Assembly (NCBI GenBank): GCA_951406725.2
Contig: OX597833.1
Location: 29,636,001-29,700,000, forward strand
Direction of reading: 5' to 3'
DNA: 64,000 bases
Source of the DNA: Octopus vulgaris
Taxonomy: Eukaryota
Below, piece after piece: positions 27,026 to 42,169 of this stretch. Below the pieces are notes generated by a model, which was not told the origin of the DNA, searched no databases, and saw only the letters and a list, made by a program, of their open reading frames with translations. The position numbers and the translations under genes are program-made. Each line of letters begins with the position of its first letter. Position 1 is the stretch's first letter.

Positions 27026-27611
27026 TTTTTTGCTTCTGATTTCTTAACAGAGAAACATAAAATGAAAATGAAGGAAATACAGTAAGTCAGAAAAAGAAGT
27101 ATGAAAAAAAACCAGATTTAATGAAAGAAGAGTAGAGGGTGGGGGGAGAAGGAAAGAAAAAATGATAAAAGAAAAATGAATAAATTATAACATAACATCA
27201 ACAACAACATCAACAAACAACTGATGTCATTTTTCTAAATATGATGCAGTAGTTTTTAATTTGAGATTTAGTTTTTCTGCCAGCTATAGGCAATAGTAAT
27301 TACCAAGCACTTTCTTCATCTTGATGAGGAAAATATTTGATAATATTTATTATGTTTTTTGTTTTTTTAACTTCTTTTTCTCTTTTTTTATTTTCCAGGG
27401 ATTAATTTATTACAGACGTGTTATTCTCATCGTTTGGTGTGTTTAATTAATTTCTAGGTTTCTAGGCTATTTTGACTGATTGCTAACTCGTGCAGTCACT
27501 GTAAAATAAAATGAAATATAAATCAAATCAAATCAAAGAAGAAAAAGAAAATCAAACTTTTTCTCTTTTTTTCCCCTTCCTTAGCAATGCCCAAAGCAAC
27601 ATTTTACAATT

Positions 27612-27642
<31 letters not shown>

Positions 27643-27765
27643 TTGTGTGTGCGTGTGTGTGTGCGTGTGTGTGAGTGTGTTTGTGCGTGCGTGTGTGTGT
27701 GTGTGTGTGCGTGCGTGCGTGTGTATGCGTGCGTGTGTGGATTCATGTATGTATGTATGTTTGTA
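27612..27765. repeat. Imperfect (TG)n microsatellite
   Basis: Seen directly. Confidence 0.95.
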
Positions 27766-28019
27766 TAAAATGATGGTTGGATGTAATTTGGGTTAATCCT
27801 TTTGCTGATGGTTATAAAAAGTTACTGAATTGTAAAAGTTGCTTCAGGCATTGCTAAAGAAGAAAAAAGAAAAGATGGAAAAGCGATAGCCGGTGGGGGA
27901 GAAAAGGAAGAGGGGAATTGGAGGTGGGGGAGGAGTTGGTGGTTGTAAAATAGCTTTGTTAATTGTTGCTAACAGGTGGCTAGTTGTTGTTTATATTAGT
28001 AAATGGATAGAGCCTAAGT

Positions 28020-28305
28020 GTTGGTTGGTTTGTTGGCTGGCTGGCTGGTTGGCTGGCTTGTTGGTTGGTTGGCTGGTTGGTTGGTTGGTTGGTTGGCTGG
28101 TTGGTTGGTTGGTTGGTTGGTTAGTTGGCTGGTTGGTTGGTTGGTTGGTTGGTTGTTTGGTTGGTTGGTTGGCTGGCTGGTTGTTTGGTTGGTTTGTTGG
28201 TTGGTTGGTTGGTTGGTTGGTTGGTTGGCTGGTTGGTTGGTTGGTTGGTTTGTTGATTGGCTGGTTGTTTGGTTGGTTGGCTGGTTGTTTGGTTGGTTTG
28301 GTGTT
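28020..28305. repeat. (TTGG/CTGG)n tetranucleotide microsatellite
   Basis: Seen directly. Confidence 0.95.
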
Positions 28306-28575
28306 GGTGGTGGTGTTTTTAGTTTGTTGGCAGTTATTGTCTAACCACAGTTTGGCCCTGCCTGAGCAGACAGACTTACAATAAGAAACATTCAAGTGAT
28401 GGACATCCCATCTTTTCTTTCAATCAGTGTATTCAATATGTCTCTCACTAGGGTGTAATCTGAGGGACAATTGGTTACTATTTCAGGCAGTTTAAGTGAT
28501 TCCCTTATTGGCTCAAGAATCAATGAAGCTAGGAATTCACTGAATTATTAATCAATGAAAACATAGTATGTACAG

Positions 28576-28906
28576 AGAGGTAATATTAATCCTCACTTAA
28601 ACGTGGATTTTCTATTAAAACAAAATATACAGTGGTAGATACCCTGAGAGAAACTCTCATATTGGCTTTTGGTGCAAAATGCACTCTTGTTTATATTGCT
28701 GGTAGGGAGACAAATCCCCACCACTTCAAGTGCCGAGGCCACCAGATCATGTGATTTCGACCTTCCTTGGCCTTGTCAATGATGGATGTTTGACCAAGTG
28801 TATTTTGCACCAAAAGCCAATATGAGAGTTTTTCTCATTGTATCTACCACAGTATAGTTTGTTCTAACAGAACCTCAACTTTTAAGTAGGGATCAATATT
28901 ACCTCT
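28576..28906 (-). mobile_element. Fold-back element with ~110-bp diverged inverted arms around an HHR
   Basis: agaggtaatatt...ctctcatattggcttttggtgcaaaatgcac vs gtgtattttgcaccaaaagccaatatgagag...aatattacctct. Confidence 0.7.
28739..28785 (-). ncRNA. Type I hammerhead ribozyme, U3-A8 core variant
   Basis: ccatca-TTGACAA-ggcc aaggaa ggtc-GAAA-tcacatga-TC-tggtgg; all three stems pair; AUC triplet. Confidence 0.75.
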
Positions 28907-29659
28907 TGGTATTAATACTGCTTCTGTTGCTAATAAAAATTTTTTATATAACATGCAATATTCCTTAAATTTCTCTTTTTGTGGTATGGCTTTGTTTATG
29001 CAGGACCAATGTCTCATATGGCTTACAGCTAAGAAAAGCTTCCCACCTTACCTTAGATTCCAATCCATATTATGGAATGATGAAACTGATAGTTTGGTAG
29101 TTTAGGTAGTTGCAACATGATGTATGTAAGAGTAAAGGTTTTTCGAAAGATCTTGATCTATGGAAACCTTTTTAGTTATTATTACGATAGAAGCTCATTT
29201 AATATTATTTTCATCACCTTAAGTGTGTAATGTGAGAGTTAACTTTAGTCATCTCTCACAAATAAATAAGATTTGGTAGCATCTACCATATTCAGCTGGC
29301 TTCACCACTGCTCAGCTGGTTCACATTTCAGCTGAGTAGAAAAGCAAAAAAAAAGAAAAAAGGTGCCTTACTCAACATCTGCTTGGTCTTGGAATTGAAC
29401 CCATAACCATATTATCAAAAACCCAACACCCTAACAACGTGGGTGGATTTAGTCAGTGCCATCTTCAGGCATGGGCACTCTGGGCAGTTGCCCAGGTACC
29501 CCACAGGCCTAGGAGCCCAATTCTAATCTATGTATACTGTGGCTTGCTGGCAATATTATCTGCAGCCAGTCGTTGTAACTATGACTGTTCATGGCTTTGG
29601 CATGTCTTGATAAGCTTTTTGTATTCTGGTCAATTTTTTGCTTATTTTTGCCACTTACG

Positions 29660-29911
29660 ATGATCAATTCCTTTCTACTTCATATCCCTTTCTGCAATAT
29701 CTTTGAATCTCAGTCTAGGTTTCCCATGGTTTCTTTTCCCTTTGCATTGTTGGTAGTAAATGATTTCTCTGGTGAGTTTATTGTTGTCCATCCTGTGCAT
29801 GTGACCCAACCAACATAAGTTTCTATCAATGAGGATTTCCATCATAGGAGGTAGGCCAGCACACCATAGGATCTCTTCATTCCTGATCTTGTCAAAGAGA
29901 GTATTATTCAT
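29660..29911 (-). mobile_element. RTE (BovB-like) LINE 3' fragment
   Basis: DKIRNEEIL...WLGHMHRMD...GKRNHGKPRLRFKD. Confidence 0.8.
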
Positions 29912-30344
29912 AAAATACTATTGGGCCTAGTGTACTGGTTTGCCTGGGTGCCTATAATACTGCTAAGATAGCTCTGGATCAGTGAGTGGAAAAAGAAAGA
30001 AGACTATTGTACATACATATACATACATACATATGTGTGTGTATGTATGTGTGCAAAAATGTGTATAGCTGTGTTTGTCTACATTTGCACTCTTTTCTAC
30101 AAATTTTGCAACATAAAAGTGAAAATATATTTTCATATTTCCTGTCAACAAATAATGCGTTCTTTTCGTATTTTCTAAACCATCTGAAATAAAACATCTC
30201 TTACTCAATAAACAAGGCTAGTGACAGCTGTAAGACAATACTTCCATAACATAATCATCTAACCCACAATAGCATGTAAAACAGGGGTAAAATGAGTGAG
30301 TGAATATATGATATGATATTTTTTTTTCATCATGCTGAACTATT

Positions 30345-30540
30345 GGTCCCAACACATTTCTTTTCTCTTGGGTTTTTTCATTCTCACTCCATTTTTTCCC
30401 CTCTTAATCCTTTCTGTTGAAGAGCATAGGCTCAGAACATCAAAAACTTTTCCATTCTTTCTGTGCGTGAAACTAATACACCTGCTTGTTGTTTCTTCAC
30501 CTGTCTTCGTCTGTTGTTTTCTGTAAATTTGAACTATATG
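30345..30540 (+). mobile_element. Penelope-like 3' end with degenerate HHR
   Basis: Similar to 62220-62385; ctgttgaagagcataggctcagaacatc. Confidence 0.55.
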
Positions 30541-30730
30541 ATATATATGGACTAACTGAATCAAAAAGTCTTCAAAAAGGTCTTCATTAAGCTTTTGTAG
30601 TTGGTTTGCAAGATTCTTGGTGCAAAACCATATGTTGGATCAGATTTTTTTGTATTTGGGGAAGGTCATTATGCCAATAATAAACATATATTCTGGTTTT
30701 ATTTCACATTCATTAACATTATTATTAGTC

Positions 30731-30945
30731 AAGGCAGTGATCTAGCAGAATTGTCAGCATGCTGGGCAAAATGCTTAGCAACATTTCATTCATCTTTACA
30801 TTCTGAATTCAAATTCCACTGAGATTGACTTTGCCTTTCATCCTTTCGGGGTCAATAAAATAAGTACCAGTCAAGCACTGGGGTTCTAATAGACTTAGCC
30901 TCTGCCCCAAAATTGCTGGCCTCGTGCCAAAATTTGAAACCATTA
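30731..30945 (+). mobile_element. SINE family B variant
   Basis: aggcagtgatctagcagaattgtcagc...gaattcaaattcc...ttgactttgcctttcatcctttcgggg. Confidence 0.75.
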
Positions 30946-31116
30946 TCATTATTAGTTAAATGAAAAAATTGAAAGGTTTGCTTGATCACTTAGTCAAACA
31001 AGCATTCAGTTAGATTTGTCAAAGTCCTTTCATCACCATTTGCAACCTCATCAATGACATGCCCTCTCTGCCCTATGTCTGCTTCAGGTTTGTTTGCTTC
31101 CTAGTTTACAGGTTTT

Positions 31117-32345
31117 ATCATCATCATCATCATCGTTTAACGTCCGTTTTCCATGTTGGCATGGGTTGGACAGTTCGACTGGGGTCTGGGAAGCCAGGAG
31201 GCTGCGCCAGGCTCCAGTCTGATCTGACAGAGTTTCTACAGCTGGATGCCCTTCCTAACACCAACCACTCCATGAGTGTAGTGGGTGCTTTTTATGTGCC
31301 ACCAGCACAGGGGCCAGAGGAGGCTGGCAATGGCCACAATCAGTTGGTGCTTTTTACATGCCACCGGCACAGGAATTACAACTACAATTTCCATTTGATT
31401 TTGACTTTGATGTACTTGACTCAATTGTTTTCTACAAGCACAGAATATCACTCTAGTACAGCATGTTGCCCTATGATCCAAGATACTTTTGAGCGGGTTA
31501 GAGCTGGTTATGCAACAATGGTGTAGGTTACAGCTGTGAAATTACTTTATTTGCCGGGTCTTCGCAGTCACAGCATGTCTCCAATGGTCTCAGTCTTTCG
31601 TCGTTGCCTCTGTGAGGCTCAACGTTCGAAGGTCATGCTTCACCACCTCATCCAATGTCTTCCTGGGTCTACCTCTACCCCAAATTCCTTCAACTGTTTG
31701 GGAGTGGTACTTCTTCACACATCTCTCCTCATCCATCCGTAGTACATGACCATACCAGTGCAAATGTCTCTCTTGCACGCCACATCCAATGCTGCTTATG
31801 TCTAACATTTCTCTCAGGGTGCTTACACTCTGTCGTGTGTGCACACTGACATTACACATCCAGCAGATCATGCTAGCTTCATTTCTTTCGAGCCTAAGCA
31901 TGCCCTCAGCAGTCACAGCCCATGTTTCACTGCCGTGAAGCATGGCAATTTACACACATGCATCATACAATCTACCTTTCACTCTGAGCGAGAGGCCCTT
32001 TGTTGCCAGTAGGGGTAGAAGCTTTCTGAACTTTACCCAGGTTGTTCTTATTCTGGTGGTAACACTCTCTGAGAATCCACCCCCACTACAGACTTGGTCA
32101 CCTAAGTAGTGGAAGCTATCAACTACTTCTAGTTTCTCCCCTTGGCATGTGATGGAATCTGTTTTCTGAGCATCTGCGGTGTTTATTGCTCCTATGCATC
32201 TGCTGCACATGAAAGCTATCTTCCTTTGATGTTGCTGCACCTCTTATGTGTCCATAGCTTACACTGGATACATCTTACATTTTTATCTACACCTTTTCTA
32301 CAGATCAAGCAGGACTACCTACCTGAAGGGGTGTGTGATGTGGGA
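31117..32345 (-). mobile_element. RTE LINE 3' part, related to 15324-17791
   Basis: QGEKLEVVDSFHYLGD, MLHGSETWAVT, GRGRPRKT; (cat)n tail at ~31117. Confidence 0.9.
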
Positions 32346-32629
32346 TTTTAGTGAAAATGTGTGTGAGGGAGAAAGTGAGAGGGTGTGTTTACAAGTGGGT
32401 ATGTGTGTGTAAGTGCACATATGTATATGTATGTACACATGCATGCATGTGTGCACATGCTAATTTGTTTGGTGTGCAGATGCACACTTGTGTGGCATAG
32501 TGTGGATTCTTTGAGTAAGCTTGTGTGTGTGCATGTATGTGTGTGTTTTCATGTACGTTCATATGTGTATGATGTAGATTCTGTGAAAGGTGAGTTGGTC
32601 AATAAACATGATGTAATTCATATATTCTG

Positions 32630-32900
32630 ATCAACAAAACAACCTGCTTGTGAAATTAATGTGCAAGTTGCCGAGCTCTCCACAAACATGCAAACCATTA
32701 GTGTAACTCTCTGGGAGATTCAGCTTGATGCAGAATGTGGTGAAGCTGGCCCTTTGAAATAGAGCTACTATCCTTTTTGCCAGCCAAGTGAACAGAGGCA
32801 ATGTGAAATAAAGTATCCTACTCAAGGACACATGCACATTGGGAATTGAACTCATGACCTTACAATTGTAAGCTGAATACTGTAAACACTGATCCACATA
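32630..32900 (-). mobile_element. SINE family C
   Basis: Reverse complement resembles 3380-3680. Confidence 0.6.
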
Positions 32901-34559
32901 TCTTCAAATCAGATGCTATGGCAAACGTGTTAGACTGCATCTACCATCCACCAGCAGAAGGGAAAAAAATTATCAACCTATTAGTTGGTATACATATATT
33001 GGTTTCAGTGTTACTTCACAGCATAGCCTCTTAATAACCATTTCCCTCCACCTGTGCTCACTCATTACACTCTCCCCACTCTCCTTTCACAATCTTGTGA
33101 ACTCACCCATCCACCCTCTTACCTGCTTCAATCCTCAGTTTACTTCACTGTATACATCTTCTTGTAACTTGGGTGTACGATCCATGTTCCCTCTTTGTCA
33201 CATCTTCACTATCTTCTCTCTCTCTCTCTTTCTCCCCCCCTCTCTCTCCCCACTTGAGGTAGTCATGTTTCACCTCCAATGCAAGTCACCTTTTTCTGTC
33301 CCTCAGCACTGCTTCCTCCAGTTGAGAGGTCTTGTCCTTTAAGTTACTTGATAGCCTTACTGTGACTGGTACTGTATACAAAGCGCCCAGTACACTCTGT
33401 AAAGTGGTTGGAGCTAGGAAGGGCATCAAGCTGTAGAAACCATGCCAAAGCAGATAGCAAAGTTTGGTGCAATCTTCTGGCTCAAATCCATATAAATATA
33501 GAACCTGTAAACTAAAAGGCAAACAGATCAAAAGCAGACTGACTGAATGTTTAATCAAATAATCAACTGGTTAAATAGTCAACTAATTGACTAATAATAA
33601 TAAAAGAAGTGAAATAGTACCAGCGGTGCATTTATTATTTGTATAATAACCTTCCTTGAATACAATAAAGTATATATAGTAAAATAAACATATATTATAC
33701 AAAAGCATAAATTTTATTTCTATAAACTGTATTTATAAAGACAGAACCAAAACTGTAACTATACAGAAACATATTAAAGAAATTCAAATTTACCTAGATT
33801 ATATACATTCATGACAACAAAGCCATATGTTTTGAAGTGTCAAAATTCAGTTAAACTTCTCAGAATTCAAATTTCCATATTTAAGTATAGAATATCCATT
33901 CAGAGTGTGTCAACAAGAACTCAGCGCTATTTATATAATTATTTGTCAAAATACATCTGGAATGTATCTTAATGCAGGAAGCCACTAGAGTGCTCTATAA
34001 ACTAGGTTCACACTGGTATAATATATAAACCAACTGAATCAAAAACAATCTAAGACATATAAATTAAAATAAATACACACACACACACATTAAAAACCAA
34101 AAGAAGAAAAAAGTTTTGAGAACTTTTTCATGGATAAAAGAAAGAAATCATTTACATTTTATCAAAATATGCTACTGGTTTCAGTCACTTAAAAAGACAA
34201 TTTAGTCATTCTGAGATATAAAAAGAAAATAAACTGAAATAAATTAAATTAAATTAATCTTTTATGATATCAGTTCTGGAAATTCACAACTTATAAAAAA
34301 TCACATAGCGCTAAAATTTCATTTCCTTCTGATTGCTGCTGTGCTAAAGTAGTAGCAGCAGTAGCAGGAGTGGTTGTTAATTGTAGCAGCAGCACAGGAG
34401 TAGCTATTAGTGGTAGCAGCAGTAACACTGCTAGTTGTGATTTTGTTAGTCTAACTAGTAGCAATAGTTATTATGATTGTGTTATTCTAACTAGTAGCAG
34501 TTGCAGTAGTGGTGGCTTCAATAAAAGTTGCAAATCACTGCTACAAGCTCATACAGGAT

Positions 34560-35235
34560 GGTTTTGTTGCTCTGCACATATCTCAGACATGTGTGGCTGA
34601 TGGTACTACTATAACTGTAGAGTTTACCCTCAACCAACAATGCCACTATGGCTAGGAATTTCTGGAAATTATCCCTGAACCCTGGCCTGAAAATCCTCTG
34701 GAAAAAACTAGCCAGCTGATTTTTCATCAATACCCAGAGTTTCTCTGAGAATGTTATCACTCTTACCCCCACCCCACCCCACCAACTAAGCCTCTATAGA
34801 ATGCCACAGTGGAACCTCCATCATTTGCATTACTTAGCTGGTAGAGGGCTGTAAGTGCCTGATGGCACTCAAGGTGCCAGACACCCTGCCTTGGTCTATG
34901 TTTGATCCAAGACAGCAGCTCTGTGAAAGAGTAGCAGAAAAGCACATCTAACAAGTTGTGACCACACCTGCTCACCATCAAGGAAATGCTGGTGATGTCA
35001 TAGCTTCAGTGCATGTCTGCATATCTTCAACCACAGCATGCCCAGTCCTCGATGAAGTGGATGCCAAAAACAAAGGGATTAGCTGACCAGTGGGTGAGAC
35101 ATGTCTACTGCACAGAAAGAAGAGTATGCACTCCATTTTTGTTAACCATGAAGTGGAACCAGGCACAATGGCAAGGTAATAGTGGATGACAGAGGCAATG
35201 GAAGTATTCGCCACATCTGCCTGACTCTTCAATAA
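34560..35235 (-). mobile_element. Old Tx1 ORF2 C-terminal fragment
   Basis: IASVIHYYLAIVPGSTSWLTKMECILF, WHLECHQAL...STVAFYRGLV and QLASFFQRIFRPGFRDNFQK align by eye with IASVITYRLTVVPCPDSWLSKLERILF, WQKECRQAL...TTSVFYSRLV and QLTNLFKKTFRTGYLDNF of the intact Tx1. Confidence 0.8.
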
Positions 35236-35379
35236 TAATTCATTCTCATCCCATTTCTGGGAGCAAATGTCACTGTATATTGCAACAATTTAGCCTTTAA
35301 AGACAGGCCTAAAACCTTTCAGGATAGTCACCAAGTATTGATATTAGAACCTATCAATATAAAGAATAATAATAATCAT

Positions 35380-35590
35380 AACATTTGTTTCTAATTTTGG
35401 CACAATTTGTGGGTGGTGATGGTAGTCAATTACATTGATTCTGGTACTTGACTGATACTTTATCTCTAACTGCAAAAGGAGGAAAAGTAAAGTTGACCTC
35501 AATGGTATTTGAACTCAATGTAAAAATATGGAAAAAATGCTGCTTAGCATTTTGTCTAATGTGCTAATAATTCTGCCAGCTTGCTACCTT
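35380..35590 (-). mobile_element. SINE family B, diverged
   Basis: aaagttgacctc...tttgaactc...ttctgccagcttgctacctt. Confidence 0.65.
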
Positions 35591-37852
35591 AATAATATAT
35601 TAAGGTATAGCCACAAGGCCTAGAATTTGTGGGGAGGTGTCTATATTTGAACCCCAGCATCACTTCGATGATGTGTGCTGCTCTCTCATTCAATAATAGC
35701 AATAATCATGAGCTTATTGTATACATTGTTCAGATGCAAAGTGTGTCTTTTGGAATTAGAGAGCTAGAGAATGAGTTTTCAGATGATGGGATTTTGAATG
35801 TGCCAAGTAGAGTTAGAAGCAAACAAAAAAATGCAAGCTAATGTAAAAATTGTATCTGCAAGAGAAATAACTGTATAACTGTTGTTGCTGATGATGATGT
35901 TTAAACCCAAATCATTTCAAGGCAAATCTGTCATAAAAAAATTTCAGTCACAAGCATCCTATCATCTATTTTTTTATTCAGGCATAGTATATCTGGGATG
36001 ACATAATCTAAAATAGTCCTTCCATATTTTGAAAGATAGTAAAGTGTGATTTGAAGAAGTGTTGTGATGTGATTTCTTGCAGGTCAAATGACTGTTGAGA
36101 GAAGTGATGATTAGGCAGAACCAGCTAATTTTGATGGGATAATTTCATTTGACAAGAAATCAGAATACATGTCTGTAGTTATGGAGAAGTGGATCCTACT
36201 GACTAAATGTTACAGAAAAATATCCTTTATTCTTCTGATGGTCATCTTGCATGAATTTCGTTTCATCTGAAGTTGATGGCTGTGGATACCTCCTAGTTGA
36301 TGGCTGTGGATAACTTCCTTCGGGTGTCAGAGGCTGTATAATTTGCTTGAACAGCTGCAGCCCAGACACTTTTAAGCTGCATGGGTCTTGCTAAGTTAGA
36401 AATGTGGTAGAGTGAGATATATGGAAAAACAAATATTTAAGATAATGAATGAGGAAAACTGCCTAGGGATGCCATCTGCTTAAAATACAATAACTGGGTG
36501 AGTGCTGTTAATGTAGTCAACAAAATATTCCAATTAATTATGATTACTATTGCAATAAAGATAGGGAAACTTAATTTTATGGTGTAATGTTTATCAAATT
36601 TGTTCAAATAGAATAAAAAGTTTAAAATATTTTTTTAATTTTTCAATTTTAAATATGAAGGGGGACAACTCTGAAATTCAGTGAGGAGATTAAAACAATT
36701 TGTGAAATAATATTTAATATAACATGAAAAGCTGTTTTGAATTGTTTGAAAGGGAAAAACCAATTGTATCATGAGAAGTCAGTGTAGAATTGGCTTCAGT
36801 TTAATCAGTCAACTAATCTGAATGCCTAGAAGATGTATAGGTAGAATTGTTAAAGCATTGGATAGATTGCTTTGCAGTATATGTTTTAGTTCAAATTTCA
36901 TTCACTTTCAAATTTCATTCACTTTTTGTCTTTTGGAGGCTGATGAAATAAAGCATCTATCCAGTTCTAGAGTTACTTCTTCCTTTCTCCCTCTCTTTTT
37001 CTCTGTCTTTCCTGACTGGTCAAATCTGGAAAAGGATAGATTCTGTCAAGTCTAACAATACCCAAGATATATCATTATGTGGCAGTGCTGATCTGACTCC
37101 ATCAGGAGTTGAGGGCCCAGAACAAAGAAAGGCTTGGTAGTGACGGAGCCCTGTGGTGGTTTGGTGTTGGTATTTTGAGAGATGACAGTCCTTATAGTAT
37201 AGATAGACTTGGTGTCTGAAGAGAAATTGAGGCTAAAAGTGAGGAAGAGTTTGCAAGGGTCAGTCAGCATAAGAGATTGAGAAATGATTTTTCATCACCT
37301 AGTCAGGAAGGAAGAAAAGTATGCATGATAGTTTATAGAACCTCTACGACTGGTGGGAAAGATGGAGAAAGATATCCTCAAACTGGTGACTTAGCTTGAA
37401 TGCTTGCAATAGAGTGGATTCCAGTAACAGGCACCAAAGGATCAGACAGTGGTATTAAACCAGACAATGAATTAAATCAGTAACCCAAATAAGCTGTGGC
37501 AGGATTTGAACTAAGAACACAAAATGCCAGAACAAATATTACTTTAGTACTTTAATGATTTCATTTGACTGGGACTTTATTTAATGACCCTAGAAGAATG
37601 AAAGACAAAGTTGTTTTCGATAGGATTTGAACTTAGGATGTAAGAAGTTAGAATTAATACCTTGAGGCAATTCAGATAATGATTGATGTAAATTATTGTT
37701 GTTTACCCCCAGGTCAGCAGTGACCAAGTAGACCTATGACCAAAGGCATACCAGCATTGATTACTCCAACTTTTGCAGGGATGTCTATGATTATACTATG
37801 CTAGCAGAGATACCCAGCACTGCTTGGGATTCAAATGGAATAGTTTTTTTAT

Positions 37853-38040
37853 TGTTTTACTTGTTTCAGTCATGAGTGTGGCCATGCTGGAGCACCGCCT
37901 TTAGTTGAACAAATCAACCCTAGGATTTATTCTTTGTAAGCCTAGTACTTATTCTATCAATGTCCTTTGCTTAACCGCTAAATTTAAGGAATGTAAACAC
38001 GGCAACATCGGTTGTCAAGCAATGGTGGGGATACAAAGAC
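37853..38040 (-). mobile_element. SINE family A 3' part
   Basis: ttttacttgtttcagtcatgagtgtggccatgctggagcaccgcc, as at 1-190. Confidence 0.8.
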
Positions 38041-38454
38041 TCAGTCTTTTACAAGATCATGGTGAACCAGGTCAGTTTAAGCTACCACTACTAAAATGTA
38101 AACTTTTTTGATCTTATAATATTCTCTGTGTGTATATATATACAGATACAATACCAATATTCCACTGAACTTTTTAATAATTCCTTCTGGAAACTATCTT
38201 TAACATTTTCTTGAGAACGTATATATATGTTGTAATCTTTTGTGCCCAATAATTCCCTTGTAAGCTGTTCTTAACATGTCCTTATTATCAAGGAATGTAT
38301 ATGTATATTGTAATATTTTGTGACAACCAGTAACTAACACAAAAGTAAATAAACATCTTTTAAAATTGCATTTTCAAACCTTCTTTCATATATATATTTA
38401 TATATATACATACACACTCATATATATATACACATATACATGTATATATATATA

Positions 38455-38533
<79 letters not shown>

Positions 38534-38541
38534 ATATATAA

Positions 38542-40217
<1,676 letters not shown>

Positions 40218-40268
40218 TGTGTATATATATATATGTATAAATACACACACACACACATATAATGTAAA

Positions 40269-40565
40269 ATGTAACAATTAGTCGGTTGCCATAATAAAAC
40301 TCAGAGTTTCGGATGTCAGGACAAAAATCTGCTCCAATATCTCATCAGTTATTAAGACAAACAAAAATGCTATGAAAATGATCGTTAAATAAAGGGAAAT
40401 TACCATGAAGGTGACCGTTATTAAGACAAACAAAAGAGCTATGAGAATGACTGTTAACTAAAAGGAAATTACCCGAATAGAGAGAAAGTAAAATTACTCG
40501 AACAAGGTAAAACCACGCCCATAGAATCTGAAAGTTTTATTATGGCAACCGACTAATTGTTACAT
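40269..40565 (-). mobile_element. Fold-back element with ~33-bp inverted ends and an HHR
   Basis: atgtaacaattagtcggttgccataataaaact vs agttttattatggcaaccgactaattgttacat. Confidence 0.7.
40286..40360 (-). ncRNA. Type I hammerhead ribozyme (GUU triplet)
   Basis: ttgtcttaataa-CTGATGA-gatattgga...tcctgacatcc-GAAA-ctctgag-TT-ttattatggcaa; stem I pairs at 11 of 12 positions. Confidence 0.75.
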
Positions 40566-40642
40566 ATTATATTATAGATAAATTCCTCTATTTACATAAT
40601 ATCGAGGTCTCATTCATTCTTTTGTTGCCATATCATTACTAT

Positions 40643-40687
<45 letters not shown>

Positions 40688-40810
40688 TTTAAATATTGAG
40701 GGAGATAAATTAATATTAATTTTAATATCAATTTAAAACCAGTAGTCCAGCATTCAAAAAATCTGAGGAGTCAGAGAAAATTCAAATATATGTGTATATT
40801 GGCAGGACCG

Positions 40811-40886
40811 AATGTACTGATGAAGTCACGGACACTTGAATTATGCAAGTAATTCTTTTGTTAAGACCGAAACCGAGCTATACATT
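40811..40886 (+). ncRNA. Probable type I hammerhead (stem III imperfect) inside a fold-back element (40788-41055)
   Basis: aatgta-CTGATGA-agtc...gacc-GAAA-ccgagc-TA-tacatt; 19-bp inverted ends atatgtgtatattggcagg / cctgccaatatacacatat. Confidence 0.55.
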
Positions 40887-41111
40887 TAAGTCTGTTTTTT
40901 ATTTAATTTTTCATATGTCCTGCCCGCCAAAGTTGGTTCTGGTGTTCGCTGAATTCTTCCTCTAGAGAATATCCCTTGTAGTTTGATCGTTGATGATCTT
41001 CTTCTAGCATTCTGGCCGGCTACCTAGCAGGCCAGCCCTGCCAATATACACATATATATATATATATATTTGGACATACTTTATTTAAAAGCAACAGAAA
41101 TATAGCAAAAG

Positions 41112-41149
41112 CTGTTACTCAGAGTTTCACGTTCCCGTTCGTTGAACAG
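41112..41149 (-). ncRNA. Degenerate hammerhead, same family as 47291-47328
   Basis: ctgt-TCAACGA-acg ggaa cgt-GAAA-ctctgag-TA-acag; core mutated. Confidence 0.5.
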
Positions 41150-41377
41150 TTTTGTTAAAATAGAACAAAACTAGTTAAAGGATAAACCTTTAAAAATGGA
41201 TTTGTTTCATTGGTCCTTTCAAATAATGGTCTTAAGCATGCGATAAACAAATTAAACGTTAAATCCTCCTTCTTTCTTTCCTTTCCTGAGCGTCCAATAA
41301 TACTATACTTGTTACACGTCCTTGCGTTGTTGTGTTTTCTTTTTGTTCATGTTTGGATTAACTATATATATATATAG

Positions 41378-41535
41378 ACTTCTTTCAGTTTCCGTCAACC
41401 AAATTCACTCACATGGCTTTGGTCAGCCTGAGGCTATAGTAGAAGATGCTTGCCCAAGGTGCCATGCAGCTGGACTGAACCCAGAACCATGTGGTTGGGA
41501 AGTAAGCTTCTTAGCACACAACCACACCTGTGCCT
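41378..41535 (-). mobile_element. SINE family A 5' part
   Basis: cttctttcagtttccgtc...ttgcccaaggtgccatgcag...cacacaacc. Confidence 0.75.
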
Positions 41536-41562
41536 ATATATGCATATACATATAAATATATA

Positions 41563-41667
<105 letters not shown>

Positions 41668-41861
41668 CTACAAAATTAGAGAATGGAGAAACATACTTAA
41701 ATCAATAAAACATCAACTATCAGATGATACCCAATCAATACTTTAATACACCATTACGTATCAGTAAAGGCATTATAAAAAATATACAGTAAGAGTAAAT
41801 AGACAAAGAGATAAAAGTATAAAATTTCAAATATAATATGTAATTAAATCAAATCTGACAG

Positions 41862-42056
<195 letters not shown>

Positions 42057-42063
42057 TATATAT

Positions 42064-42169
<106 letters not shown>

